Shown piece after piece: positions 1 to 13,225 of a stretch of 28,086 bases of DNA; positions within the stretch are counted from its first letter, which is position 1, and every line of letters begins with the position of its first letter. Made by a program: the position numbers and the translations under genes. The notes under the pieces are model-generated. The model worked only from the letters and a program-made list of their open reading frames with translations, was not told the DNA's origin and did not search any database. Origin of the DNA: Tubiluchus corallicola (Eukaryota > Animalia > Priapulida); the NCBI GenBank assembly GCA_030141605.1, contig JAQGDQ010001717.1, positions 1 to 28,086 of the forward strand. The letters are read 5' to 3'.

Positions 1-1
1 T

Positions 2-53
2 AGCAATACGTAACTGAACGAAGTAATAACAGGCGAAAGTATTACGTATTGCT
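2..53. other. Oxford Nanopore ligation-adapter contamination (bottom/end adapter followed by the 3' part of the top/start adapter)
   Basis: 3-24 GCAATACGTAACTGAACGAAGT is the ONT Y-adapter bottom strand as I recall it. ACAGG at 29-33 fits the newer ...GAAGTACAGG version. 42-53 TTACGTATTGCT is the 3' end of the top adapter. Confidence 0.92.
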
Positions 54-232
54 AATAAAAGACAGACAATCAGTGTTAGTTCACATAAAAACATACACTA
101 AATCTGGGCAAACGCGTTTGGTGCAAGCTAAACTATAAGTGCAACTAGAAATTCAAAAATAGAAGATGAACTACAAACACCCAATGCACTATGATAAAAC
201 TCCCACACCTTATTTTCTCTTTCTTTCTACAC
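54..232 (-). repeat. Inverted copy of the LINE 3' UTR at 1864-2043 (possibly read-level artefact)
   Basis: Reverse complement of 1864-2043 with a few differences, including a shortened T homopolymer. Begins directly after the adapter. Confidence 0.85.
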
Positions 233-307
233 GCGCTCACGCTGTACACACGCACACATACACACACACCGCCACGTTTGCCACACACACACACACACGC
301 ACACACA

Positions 308-896
308 CACACTTGTTCTACACTTGTTTCTTTCCTGCACTTGTTTCTTTCCTACACTTGTTTCTTTCCTACACTTGTTTCTTTCCTGCACTTGTTTCTT
401 TCCTACACTTGTTTCCTTCCTACACTTGTTTCCTTCCTGCACTTGTTTCTTTCCTACACTTGTTTCTTTCCTGCACTTGTTTCTTTCCTGCACTTGTTTC
501 TTTCCTACACTTGTTTCCTTCCTACACTTGTTTCTTTCCTGCACTTGTTTCTTTCCTACACTTGTTTCTTTCCTGCACTTGTTTCTTTCCTACACTTGTT
601 TCTTTCCTACACTTGTTTCTTTCCTACACTTGTTTCTTTCCTGCACTTGTTTCCTTCCTACACTTGTTTCCTTCCTACACTTGTTTCCTTCCTACACTTG
701 TTTCTTTCCTGCACTTGTTTCTTTCCTACACTTGTTTCTGTCCTTCACTTGTTTCTTTCCTACACTTGTTTCCTTTCTGCACTTGTTTCTTTCCTACACT
801 TGTTTCTTTCCTACACTTGTTTCTTTCCTACACTTGTTTCTTTCCTACACTTGTTTCTTTCCTGCACTTGTTTCTTTCCTACACTTGTTTCTTTCA
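308..896 (+). repeat. 17-bp tandem array, unit CACTTGTTTCTTTCCTR, ~34 copies
   Basis: Direct reading; the 17-aa periodicity of the overlapping ORFs equals three units (51 bp). Confidence 0.97.
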
Positions 897-1846
<950 letters not shown>

Positions 1847-1863
1847 TGAGGGCATGAAAGGGT

Positions 1864-2098
1864 GTGTAGAAAGAAAGAGAAAAAATAAGGTGTGGGAGTT
1901 TTATCATAGTGCATTGGGTGTTTGTAGTTCATCTTCTATTTTTGAATTTCTAGTTGCACTTATAGTTTAGCTTGCACCAGACGCGTTTGCCCAGAACAGT
2001 GTATGTTTTTATGTGAACTAACACTGATTGTCTGTCTTTTATTACGATGGTCAATGCTTTTAAAATGGCAAAGTAAAGGTTACACTACTATTACTACT
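1864..2098 (+). mobile_element. Non-LTR retrotransposon 3' end with stem-loop motif and short (ACT)n tail
   Basis: Near-identical to 6835-6980. Carries TGCACCAGACGCGTTTGCCCAGAACAGTGTA and ends ...ATGGCAAAGTAAAG followed by ACTACTATTACTACT. Confidence 0.75.
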
Positions 2099-2121
2099 CT
2101 AGCGTGACAAAATTGTTCATA

Positions 2122-3303
<1,182 letters not shown>

Positions 3304-4012
3304 AGTTGCTGTACCTCTCCGTTCAGATGTTTTAGTTTGCGACGGATAAACACAGCGGTAAATTTGAAATTTGAATTTTTATCTTAAAACTTGCCTAGTT
3401 TTAGTACACTAAATATCTTACAGTGGCGCTGTACTTCAATTTTCGCAGTCGCAAACACGTGCAACACGCTCGCAGAATATTTTTGCTATAGAAAAATATG
3501 TTCGTTTGTGACGTCATCGATAGCTGGACTCGCCCGCCGTTAATTAAGCTTTTAATTTGTGATTCAATTATCAGAAACACTTCTGCAGTATTAATCGTGT
3601 TAAAATGTATAATTTTTATCGTATTTGAAAATGGAGTAGTGTGCGAAAGATCGCCCTGTCTTCCTCTAACGTCATGTTTACGAGTTCGAAAGCGCTACTT
3701 TACGGCAAACTGCTACACTTCACTACTGTAGTTCGTCAATTTACTGCTGTCTAATGTCTCTAAGGATCCACAACAAATCATTAATAGTGACATGTATTTA
3801 CGCACGGCCCACAGCATACTTAGAGATATTACACGCTGTTAATTATTTATGGGAATTGTTTAACAAGGTCGAAATGCAGGAACTTGACAGCCGCGTGTCA
3901 CGTGTTATAAAGAGGTTTTGTTCGCGTGTAAACATGGTAATTATTCATCATTGATCAAAACGTGCTCTAGTTTATCCTGTAAAATAAGGCAGTACATATA
4001 AACGTATGCATT

Positions 4013-5099
4013 GCTAAACTATGACCTTTGACCTTTTCTCTAAAGGCTATAAAGATAATAACGGTCATCCAGTATTGCCGAATTGTAACTGTGGATTTCG
4101 ATTTGAGTCTGTTGAACACTTTTTTGTTGCACTGCCCATTGTATCAACAAACTAGGGTTGTTATGTTTGATAAATTAAATGAAATACTTCTGCCTGAAAA
4201 CCTTAATATAGCTGCCTTAGGAACTAATGATCTGTTGACGTTGTTATTATTCGGAAAAGATGAATTTAACTATGTTGCTAACTGTAAAATATTCCAATGT
4301 ATACATGACTTTATATTACGTACTAAACGCTCCCAGTAGTTTCTATCTGATACGAAATGCATCAGTCTTAAATATTCGTACATTAATATTTTCTAACCGT
4401 CATTTTCTACTAATGTCTAATGTAATCTTGTAGTAAAACTTGTCAGCTTGTGTAGTTATAGTCTATTCTTACTGTAAATGTTGCTAATGTCTAATGTAAT
4501 CTTGTAGTAAAACTTGTCAGGTTGTGTAGTTATAGTCTATTCTTGCTCTAAATGTTGCTAATGTCTAATGTAATCTTGTAGTAAAACTTGTCAGGTTGTG
4601 TAGTTATAGTCAATTCTTACCGTAAATGTTACTAATGTCTAATGTAATCTTGTAGTAAAACTTGTCAGTTTGTGTAGTTATAGTCAATTCTTACTGTAAA
4701 TGTTACTAATGTCTAATGTAATCTTGTAGTAAAACTTGTCAGGTTGTGTAGTTATAGTCTATTCTTACTGTAAATGTTACTAATGTCTAATGTAATCTTG
4801 TAGTAAACCTTGTCAGCTTGTGTAGTTATAGTCAATTCTTACTGTAAATGTTACTAATGTCTAATGTAATCTTGTAGTAAAACTTGTCAGCTTGTGCAGT
4901 TATAGTCTATTCTTACTGTAAATGTTACTAATGTCTAATGTAATCTTGTAGTAAAACTTGTCAGCTTGTGCAGGTATAGTCTATTCTTGCTGTAAATGTT
5001 TTTGTAAATAGTGTGTAAAGTCTGTTGTGGTGAGGATCCTAAATCATGTTGTTCAAACTGTCTGCTCCAATCCTACATAAATTATGTTTAAAGTAAACT
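4013..5099 (+). mobile_element. 5'-truncated LINE (CR1/L2-group-like) ORF2 C-terminus plus 3' UTR, 12-bp TSD
   Basis: With one frameshift in the T run near 4120 it reads PNCNCGFRFESVEHFLLHCPLY...LLLFGKDE...IFQCIHDFILRTKR (CCHC knuckle). TSD AACGTATGCATT at 4001-4012 and 5100-5111. Confidence 0.9.
4409..5000 (+). repeat. 74-bp minisatellite, 8 copies, inside the LINE 3' UTR
   Basis: TAATGTCTAA recurs at 4411, 4485, 4559, 4633, 4707, 4781, 4855 and 4929. Confidence 0.97.
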
Positions 5100-5436
5100 A
5101 ACGTATGCATTCGTCAGGCTTTGATACATATCCCCCCCCCGTCCCCCTAGGTCAATGATCAAAGATAAATGCAGTAATTAGTATATAGAGCCTGTGATGC
5201 TTCCATTGCACTCTGGCGTTAATTTCCAATCTTGTCAACCAACCAGGATTCGTAGTACAGTTCTTCAACCAGTGGTGACACACGTTAGTTAAAAGTACCA
5301 ATCCAATCATTGGATTGGTAGTTAAAAGAAGTTGTGCTAGCAAAGGTGAACGTGTGCCAAGGTTCTATGACTAATCCACGTATGGAGAGCATGAGCATTC
5401 TATTGTAACAAAATTATCTTCCCGAGAATATTTTTG

Positions 5437-5442
<6 letters not shown>

Positions 5443-5527
<85 letters not shown>

Positions 5528-5561
5528 TCCCTCCCTCCCTCTCCCTCTCCCTCTCCCTCTC
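5443..5561. repeat. (CT)n microsatellite grading into CTCC
   Basis: Direct reading. Confidence 0.98.
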
Positions 5562-6834
5562 TGACCTGTAACTTTTCGTTAATCCACTTTCAAGATAATT
5601 TCATCGAAATCACTCGAGAATCCAGGGTAACGTTGATTCTAGTAACTACGCTATTTCCAACCGGGTACAATATTTTTATAGCTAATGAAATAACAATATT
5701 GTCAGGAATATAATAATATTCGCATATTTGCCGTAAAAGCAAATTTCATTCTCACATGTAATAAACGTACCGTATAAAGTAATGCAAGATGCTCATATTT
5801 GCCTCGTCCGATACTTTGCCATTTAGAAAACTGCATCATAAATGTGAGTTATTGTGAATCGTTTTCTCAATTTCATCGTTTTAACGCCAATCTCTCATGC
5901 AAAATTAAACAGCACCTCTGCGCGTCTGTTGCAAATTTGCAAAAATTGAAACGTAAATTTTCGTATCCGGTTGTTCGCCCTAAAATTTGCAATCACGCAG
6001 CCTGTAAGTTTTAGAACGTCCAGCAGGCAGTTTTAGATCACTTCCCATCACTACAAACTTGTACAGAGCTCACGCTCACTCGCATTCGCATGTTTAGTTT
6101 AATCTAAAGCCAAACTCGAGGGAGAAAGATTGAAATTTGCCTTATTCTGAATACCACTATTTTCCATTATTTCTTAGGCGTCAACTACATGCTTTTCAGT
6201 TGCCTGGTGACGTCACCTAGTTACTGTAGACAACTATGTATTCTTCCGCCCTACGATATAATGATTTAGGTCCGTTGCAAAGAAAAAATGTTTCCCAGAA
6301 ATTTTTTTCAATAAAATAACTTTGCAGAAAAAATAGCTTCCCAAAAAAATTGCAGAGAAATTTTTCTCAAAAAAAAACCTTTTCCCCAGACAAAATTTTT
6401 CTTAGAAAACTCGTGTCCATGTGTTAATGGCCTAATTTACAGTGAAGTCAAGTACGCAGCACTTGTGTATCTATGTGCAAATTAACATAGTTCGCTACCT
6501 AAGCCTTCTCGCGTTATAAATTTACTTTCTTACTTTAACGAGATTGCCGCATTTTTGATCACGTGATTCATTTTCAATCAATACAATACACGTATCAATC
6601 AATCAACACACATAATCAATCAATATGGAAAGAATTCCATTACTAAACAAGCAATACAACTTTGGAATTCATTACCGACATCACTATAACACAGCAGCTC
6701 TTTATCAATATTCAAGTCTAAATTAAAAAAAAACATTTAATGACTCGTTTTGAATATCCGACATACGAACACGATGATACTCACTCAAATCATAATTTCA
6801 TTTTTCCTAGACCTTACTAAACTAGTTTATAATT

Positions 6835-7004
6835 TATTTTTGAATTTCCAGTTGCACTTATAGTTTAGCTTGCACCAGACGCATTTGCCCAGAACAGTGT
6901 ATGTTTTTATATGAACTAACACTGATTGTCTGTCTTTTATTATGATGGTCAATGTTTTTAAAATGGCAAATAAAGTTTTTACTACTACTACTACTACTAC
7001 TACA

Positions 7005-7072
<68 letters not shown>

Positions 7073-7194
7073 GACTACTGCTACTACTACTACCACTACT
7101 ACCACTACAACTACTACTACCACTAGTACTACTGCTACTGCTACTACTATTACCACTAGTACTACTGCTACTGCTACTGCTACTGCTACTGCTG
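6835..7194 (+). mobile_element. Non-LTR retrotransposon 3' end with AATAAA and long (ACT)n tail (6981-7194)
   Basis: Same family as 1864-2098: stem-loop motif, GGCAAATAAAG, then a trinucleotide tail. Confidence 0.8.
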
Positions 7195-7529
7195 CGTAGT
7201 AGTAGTATGACAAACTATAAAATTTTCATCATACTGTTGTATTACGTAATGTCTAACTGCGCATAAAAAAGATTTTCTGTCATATCACGGTTCAGGGAAA
7301 TGGCAATTCCGGGAAAAACATTTTCTGAGAAGTAGGCTGTTCTGGCAAAAAGCTTGTGAAATTTTTTACTGCCAAAAATTACTCTAACAAAAATCTCTAC
7401 AGAGAAATGAGTCGCTCCAAAAATCATATAACTTGCGCGTTGCAGTTTCAATCCTCCAAGCTGCTTTGTTTAATGCTACATACATGTATAATATATAAAT
7501 ATCTTTGGTTTGTACATTTAATGGTTTCA

Positions 7530-7930
7530 TAAAATACCCTGCCATTAAATTTAAAACAAATCAAGTCTTTAGACGAATTCAAATCAGAATTAAAAATGCA
7601 TGCATTAAATCGTTTTGAAAACCCAACATACGTAAACGATAATATATATTCATCCACAAATTTTATTTACCCACGTCCATTTTAAATTGTATGTATATAT
7701 TGTATGTAGTCTATTATAATTTCCGTGTAACATTATAATGTATATTTTGTTTTAAATTTTTGGTACACTAGTTTTTAGTTTGCACTGGACGCATTTGCCT
7801 TTAACAGTTGTGTGAATTTTATTCTCATGCTGCGATGTTCTTTTATGCTTTTATAGTTATGAATATCGATTTTTATGGCAAATAAAGATTATTATATATA
7901 TATATATATATATATAATTATATATATATA
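7530..7930 (+). mobile_element. LINE (L2/Crack-like) ORF2 end plus 3' UTR with (TA)n tail
   Basis: Reads *NTLPLNLKQIKSLDEFKSELK, matching the WN.LP..IK...SL..FK..LK motif with W mutated to stop. Has CACTGGACGCATTTGCC...CAGT, then GGCAAATAAAG and (TA)n. Confidence 0.78.
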
Positions 7931-8479
7931 ACTCAGCATTTGATTAAACTTACCATGAAGGATTTGTGAAGAGTTTTTCTGTATGCGCTTCTGATAGATT
8001 TATAACTTCTGCAGCCACCAAACTCTAAATATAACAACGATGAACACAATTCTGTACGGGAAAACCCTTATCAAACATCTTCCAGAGAAAGATCCCGTTT
8101 GTCGCTTTTTCCCAGTGCAGCTGCTAAAACCAGTCACTCTTCCCCAATGTATTAGACCCCCCTCCCCCAATTAACTTAACAAGCAATAAACGGAGGGTTT
8201 TAGTATTAATTAGCACTAACTTTAATCACTTTTACCATGCGCTTAACTGTTATGGAGCTTTTAGAAAAAGTTGTGGCTATATGCCTGGCTAATTGCCTAC
8301 ACTTCTTACCAAACGTCTTTTTGTCATAATGGTGTCACAATGATGTTGACAACAACTTCAAGACGAAGCTTCCCTGGCGCCTTTAAAACTTGTTTAAGAA
8401 GAGTGTTAAGAAATCTATTCTGTTGGCGAAATTGCGTTGCTAACGACATTTTCTTGACTTTCTTCAACTAAGTGGGCAT

Positions 8480-9523
8480 TGTTACGGAGGCACCTGTGTC
8501 GGGTCAGGTGTAGGGCCCAGGGGCGGAACTAGATGTGGCAAGCAGGGGTCGCAAAAATTTTCTGGGGGGGGGCGAGGTATCCGAAGTCATTAAGCCAATT
8601 CTTAACCCCTTTTATACTGCATGCAGGCCTCTCAGTTAACCTAACGTCAAAATTTATCATACACAAATTTTAAGAAAATAATACGCAGGAAATATTATAT
8701 TATTGTGTTAAGTTTAATTTTTATGTTATTTACAAAAATTATTTACTAAATTGTTATTTACAAAAATTTATCATACACAAATTTTAAGAAAATAATATGC
8801 AGGAAATATTACATTATTATGTCAAGTTTAAGTATGTGTCATAATTTTAACGTCGCAGGTCTTTTGCTAAAAACGCAGCGAAAACTAGCAGAGATTCTAC
8901 TAGCAGGAGAAAAATGATGATATGTGCTCAAAATCACGCCCTTTTATGCAGCAAACTCGTGGGAAAGAGTCACTAAGGAGTAGCAAAGAGTCGGCAATGT
9001 CCAATCACGAGGTGGCTGAGCTGTGGCTCATCAATTTGTATCTCCCAAACCGACTCTCTGGTACTAGGCTAGCTCAACATGACTTCAATGTTTGCATTGT
9101 TTTTGCTCTATTATTTCACTTATTCTCTATTATAACACACTGCTGAATGAAGCTCGAGTGCTAACTGAGCCGTTTTGTTAACTAACAGTCTTTTGTGCAA
9201 AGACGCTAATGCTACTCAACGAGCTGCTTTGTTAACTGTTCCTGCCTGCCTCCTGAATAGATTACATGCAAACAAATTAACTACATCCTGAATTTCAGGT
9301 AAACACATCTGGTCAGGCACGTATTAACAGTCAGAATAATTTAACTCGGTGACAAACTTTAATGATAAAAAATATTACTGGGCTACTGCAAAAAAATTGT
9401 TTGTCCGATTTGGCAGGGGGCGCAAATTTTGACAGGGGGGCGCGCGCCCCCTCCCCCCCTAGTTCCGCCCCTGGTAGGGCCCTCTACACGCCCTGCTTCC
9501 ACGTCAGCAGCGACTCACCCCTT
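8480..9523 (+). mobile_element. 5' fragment (~80 bp) of the LTR-like repeat, split by a hAT insertion (8480-8517 and 9482-9523)
   Basis: Joined halves match the reverse complement of 18909-18988 and, less closely, 10416-10486. Confidence 0.85.
8518..9473. mobile_element. Non-autonomous hAT element (MITE-like), 956 bp
   Basis: Perfect 15-bp TIR CAGGGGCGGAACTAG / CTAGTTCCGCCCCTG. 8-bp TSD GTAGGGCC at 8510-8517 and 9474-9481. Empty site present in the paralog near 18951. Internal ~70-bp direct repeat at ~8648 and ~8762. Confidence 0.95.
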
Positions 9524-9715
9524 ACATTAAATCTGTGTAAAATTACCTGCACAGCACGCTTGCAAAAATTGAAATGTGCTTATGTTTCTCAGAAAACTGC
9601 TCTCCGTATCGGTAGCAGTTGTGTTTTTTATAAAGGTTTTGGGAAAAAATATGGTTTTCTAAAGGAAATTATGTAATCAAATGTTAGTCTGCGCTTGTGT
9701 TTTTGAGGAAGATCA

Positions 9716-10385
9716 TTTATTCCACAGCAACATGTAAACATCCATACAAATTGTTATTACATTATAAAATAAACTAAACGAGTTACAGTGAGGAGGAGGA
9801 AGGAGCATTGAGCTTTCGAGTCCTCCGCCAGATAAGTGGAACAATTGACAATTAACATTACATAGTATTTTCATTAGATACATTAGAACAAAATAAGTTT
9901 TGTTAGTAACTTACGATCAGGATGAGTAAAACAGCGAGTTGATTTTTCCGTTGTAGTAAGTAATTCTTTGATGCTTTTTTAAATTGATAAAGATTAAGAG
10001 TTTTCATTTCACGCGAAATTGATGACCATATTTTAATAACATTATATTTTGATGACTGTTTCATTATATTTGTTTTTGGAAGAGGGAGTACTGAGTTTCT
10101 GACCGAATATCTTGTGTAATGATCATGTTGATTTGAAACTGGACTAAAGTATGACTGAAAAGCTGGTGGAAGTAGTGAATTATGATACTGATACATGAAA
10201 TGAAGACAATACATGTTATATATTTCTTTCACTTTAAGAGTTTTAACAGACAAGTAAATTATATTTGTGGGATGGTCATATCTTACATGATATATTAGTT
10301 TGAGAATTTTGTTCTGGGTAATTTGTAAAGCTTCCAGATTACTTTTATATACATCACTCCAAGACACGACGCCATATATTAGCAA
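9716..10385 (-). pseudogene. LINE (L2/Crack-like) ORF2 C-terminal fragment plus 3' UTR
   Basis: ORF 9903-10385 (YGVVSW..YKSNLEALQITQNKILKLI...HDHYTR...KIWSSI...FKKASKNYLL) is the typical post-RT region; AATAAA at 9721-9716. Confidence 0.88.
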
Positions 10386-10415
10386 AATATTATTATAAAA
10401 TCAATATTATTATAA

Positions 10416-10727
10416 TGTCACGGAGGCACCTGTGTCAGGTCATTCTCTACACGCGCTGCTTCTACGTCAGCAGCGACTCACCCCTTTCTTGTAGGTCCAG
10501 ACGTCTTGTTTGGGCCTACACGTGGTGTGAGAAGCCAGCTGACCTGGAATGGCAGTATAAAAGGGTGTAGAGGTCACTACAGCCTGGATTTCTGACACAG
10601 GTGCTCCTCGGGTGTAGTGCTTTTACTGAGTTAGTTAGTTATTTTTTTGTGCACGTGTATTTTGTTCCCTATTAAACTCCGCACAGCTTTGTTTTTGTAT
10701 ACTTTGTTTTATGAGAATTAGATGACA
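10416..10727 (+). mobile_element. Solo-LTR-like element
   Basis: TGTCA...TGACA termini, TATAAAAG at 10556, ATTAAA at 10671 (AATAAA in the paralog). No TSD seen; right end uncertain (alternative 10737). Confidence 0.6.
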
Positions 10728-11030
10728 TGTTATAACAGGTATATGGTACATTAACTTAGTTACTTACTATTTGTAATTAAAATTAACATTTGTAGTTAAG
10801 TAATCAGTTGAACAACGATAGTAAAATGGATCTTCATGATGCGCAATATCAAGACCTCCATGCCATCTTGGAGTTCGACCCCCTGAGTCCAATTCAGTCC
10901 AATATTATTAAAGCAAAACCGGATGATTTTTTCACATCCCACCCCATTTTGAAGTACCTTAAAATGTATAAATTTTATTACATATAATAACGCCATAGTG
11001 TTTATGATAAACAAATAATAGGTTAAAAAC

Positions 11031-11896
11031 TAAAGTTACGACTCCGTGTGCGCGTAATGCGTGATGCGTATTCAGACGACAACCATCACTTTCGAATGAA
11101 TACGCATCACGCACTTACACATGGAAACACTTCCACGGGTTTAAACATAAACTGTTGTATACGCATTGCGCATTACACATACGTGTAGTCATACCTTTAC
11201 GCATTACACGTACATGGAGTCGTACCTTTACGCATTACACGTACATGGAGTCGTACCTTTACGCATTACACGTACATGGAGTCGTACCTTTACGCATTAC
11301 ACGTACATGAAGTCGTACCTTTACGCATTACACGCACACGGAGTTGTACCTTTACTCTTTACACGTACATGGAGTCGTACCTTTACGCATTACACGTACA
11401 TGGAGTCGTACCTTTACGCATTACACGTACATGGAGTCGTACCTTTACGCATTACACGTACATGAAGTCTTACCTTTACGCATTACACGTACATGGAGTC
11501 ATACCTTTACGCATTACACGTATATGGAGTCGTACCTTTACGCATTACACGTACATGGAGTCGTACCTTTACGCATTACACGTACATGGAGTCGTACCTT
11601 TACGCATTACACGCACACGGAGTTGTACCTTTACTCTTTACACGTACATGGAGTCGTACCTTTACGCATTACACGTACATGGAGTCGTACCTTTACGCAT
11701 TACACGTACATGGAGTCGTACCTTTACGCATTACACGTACATGGAGTCGTACCTTTACGCATTACACGTACATGGAGTAGTACCTTTACGCATTACACGT
11801 ACATGGAGTCATACTGCATGGTACTCATCGTACATGGAGATAATGCAGTCACTCACTCAGTCAGTCAGTCACTAGGACAGTTGCGCGATCGGTAAA
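11031..11896 (-). mobile_element. Possible Helentron/HINE (pearl/Tsp-like) non-autonomous element carrying the 31-bp array
   Basis: Modular layout: tetranucleotide run (CAGT/CACT, 11846-11873) near one end, tandem core, and a 16-bp-arm hairpin (11059-11074 / 11097-11112) near the other. Confidence 0.45.
11169..11813 (+). repeat. 31-bp tandem array, unit CGCATTACACGTACATGGAGTCGTACCTTTA, ~21 copies
   Basis: Direct reading; head-to-tail with no spacers. Confidence 0.97.
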
Positions 11897-12144
11897 TGAA
11901 TCACTAAAATCGCAAAAGAGGTCATTTGATCGGGCGGGAAACCAGCGCTTTCATTCGGCCAAATCCAAGCGTTGCATGCAGAGATGCAAGTGGCCAAAAC
12001 ACGAGCTTCAGCTGCCCAAAGAAACTCAATCCGTCCCTGACATACCGTTCTAATCTGTTGATAGTTTCATAGGATAGAATAACAGCGCGCCGTATGTGAT
12101 GTGAAAAGCTAAGTTAAAGAAACTGGCATTGCTAAATTTTGTGC

Positions 12145-12940
12145 ATTATATATGTATATATTAATTCTTTATTTGTCATAAAAATGGTTCACTCATTATA
12201 ATAAAATTGAGTAATCCTCAGCGTAATGTTAAAATAACAACACTGTTCAACACAAATGCGTCCAGTACAGACTAAGGAAAACTAAAGTGCAAAACTAAGG
12301 CCTAATTATATACAATAAATGAACATATTTACAAACACCATATTAAAATATTTTTACAAAACAATATTACAAAAGTACATTAAATTTTACATGACATATT
12401 TTACACTATATATACATTTGACATAACACAATTAACAGAAACATGCTTTACATTACATAAATTTCACTCATTACATTTACACTATTTATACATTTGACAT
12501 TACAAAACTAACATAACACGTATTACATTACATAATTTTTAAAAAAAAAATTCATTTTTAACCGTTTTATGGAGTCAGTGGCGGGGGTAGATGAAAGTTG
12601 AGTCCGTGTAATTAGTATCAGATGCACAATGTGGAAGTTGAAACCTGTTATATTGATATTCTTTTAATTTCTTTTTAAAGTGGTGGAGAGATTCTATTTG
12701 TTTTATTTCACTGGGTAGTAAGTTTCATAAATGTATGGTCTGTTTTGATATAGAGTTATTTCCAAATTTATTGTTTACTGTAATTTGCTTTAAATTGTAT
12801 GTTCTAGTGTTTAAAGTGGTATCAGGAATAAATGCTAAGGGATTGTTTATAAATGGAATGCTCAGTTTATTGATATATTTATAAAGAAATATCAGTGTTT
12901 TGTAATCTCGATAGGCTTCTAATATTGGTATTTTTGTGGA
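12145..12940 (-). mobile_element. 5'-truncated LINE (L2/Crack-like) ORF2 end plus 3' UTR
   Basis: Minus strand reads KIPILEAYRDYKTLIFLYKY...TIHL*NLLPSEIKQIESLHHFKKKLKEY. 3' UTR has TACTGGACGCATTTG...AACAGTG, AATAAA and a TA-rich tail. Confidence 0.85.
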
Positions 12941-13089
12941 CGTTCTTTAGCTAGTTGCAGAAGCAGCATTGCTACTGGTTCGCATAATTATAATGGTCAA
13001 AGACATCATCAACAACTGAGTAATATTAGCTGCAGTTACAGTCATCCACTAGTCCAGAATGCGAAGCTCTAGTTAATTAGTACGTAATT

Positions 13090-13225
13090 CTAGTGAAATA
13101 ACTAATTAACGAACTAATTTTTTTTGATTGGTAACTAATCATTCTACCAAATTTCAAAGTTGGATAAATACTTTTTAAGTGAAAAAATGTGACGGACAGA
13201 ATCGCCGTATTTTTAGTAGGACGCG
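13090..13225 (+). mobile_element. Possible DINE/HINE-like 3' remnant
   Basis: ACCAAATTTCAA...GACGGACAGA...TTAGTAGGA resembles Helentron-derived element ends; recognised by pattern only. Confidence 0.3.

Larger units (their letters stand above)
9525..10908 (-). repeat. Inverted segmental duplicate of 18345-20202
   Basis: Collinear reverse-complement identity across flank, LINE fragment, LTR-like piece and flank. Confidence 0.95.

Noticed and set aside
1-54. Hammerhead-ribozyme-like or terminator hairpin (CTGA..GA, GAAA inside a 13-bp stem)
   Set aside because: Core spacing is wrong, stem II is absent, and the sequence is explained by Nanopore adapters.
9903-10385. Functional protein-coding gene (also 19019-19465 and 4028-4339)
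   Set aside because: These are 5'-truncated LINE ORF2 C-termini with no RT/endonuclease core and no true start.
11169-11813. CRISPR array (31-bp repeats)
   Set aside because: Units are head-to-tail with no unique spacers, there are no cas genes, and the context is eukaryotic. The same holds for the 74-, 104- and 108-bp arrays.
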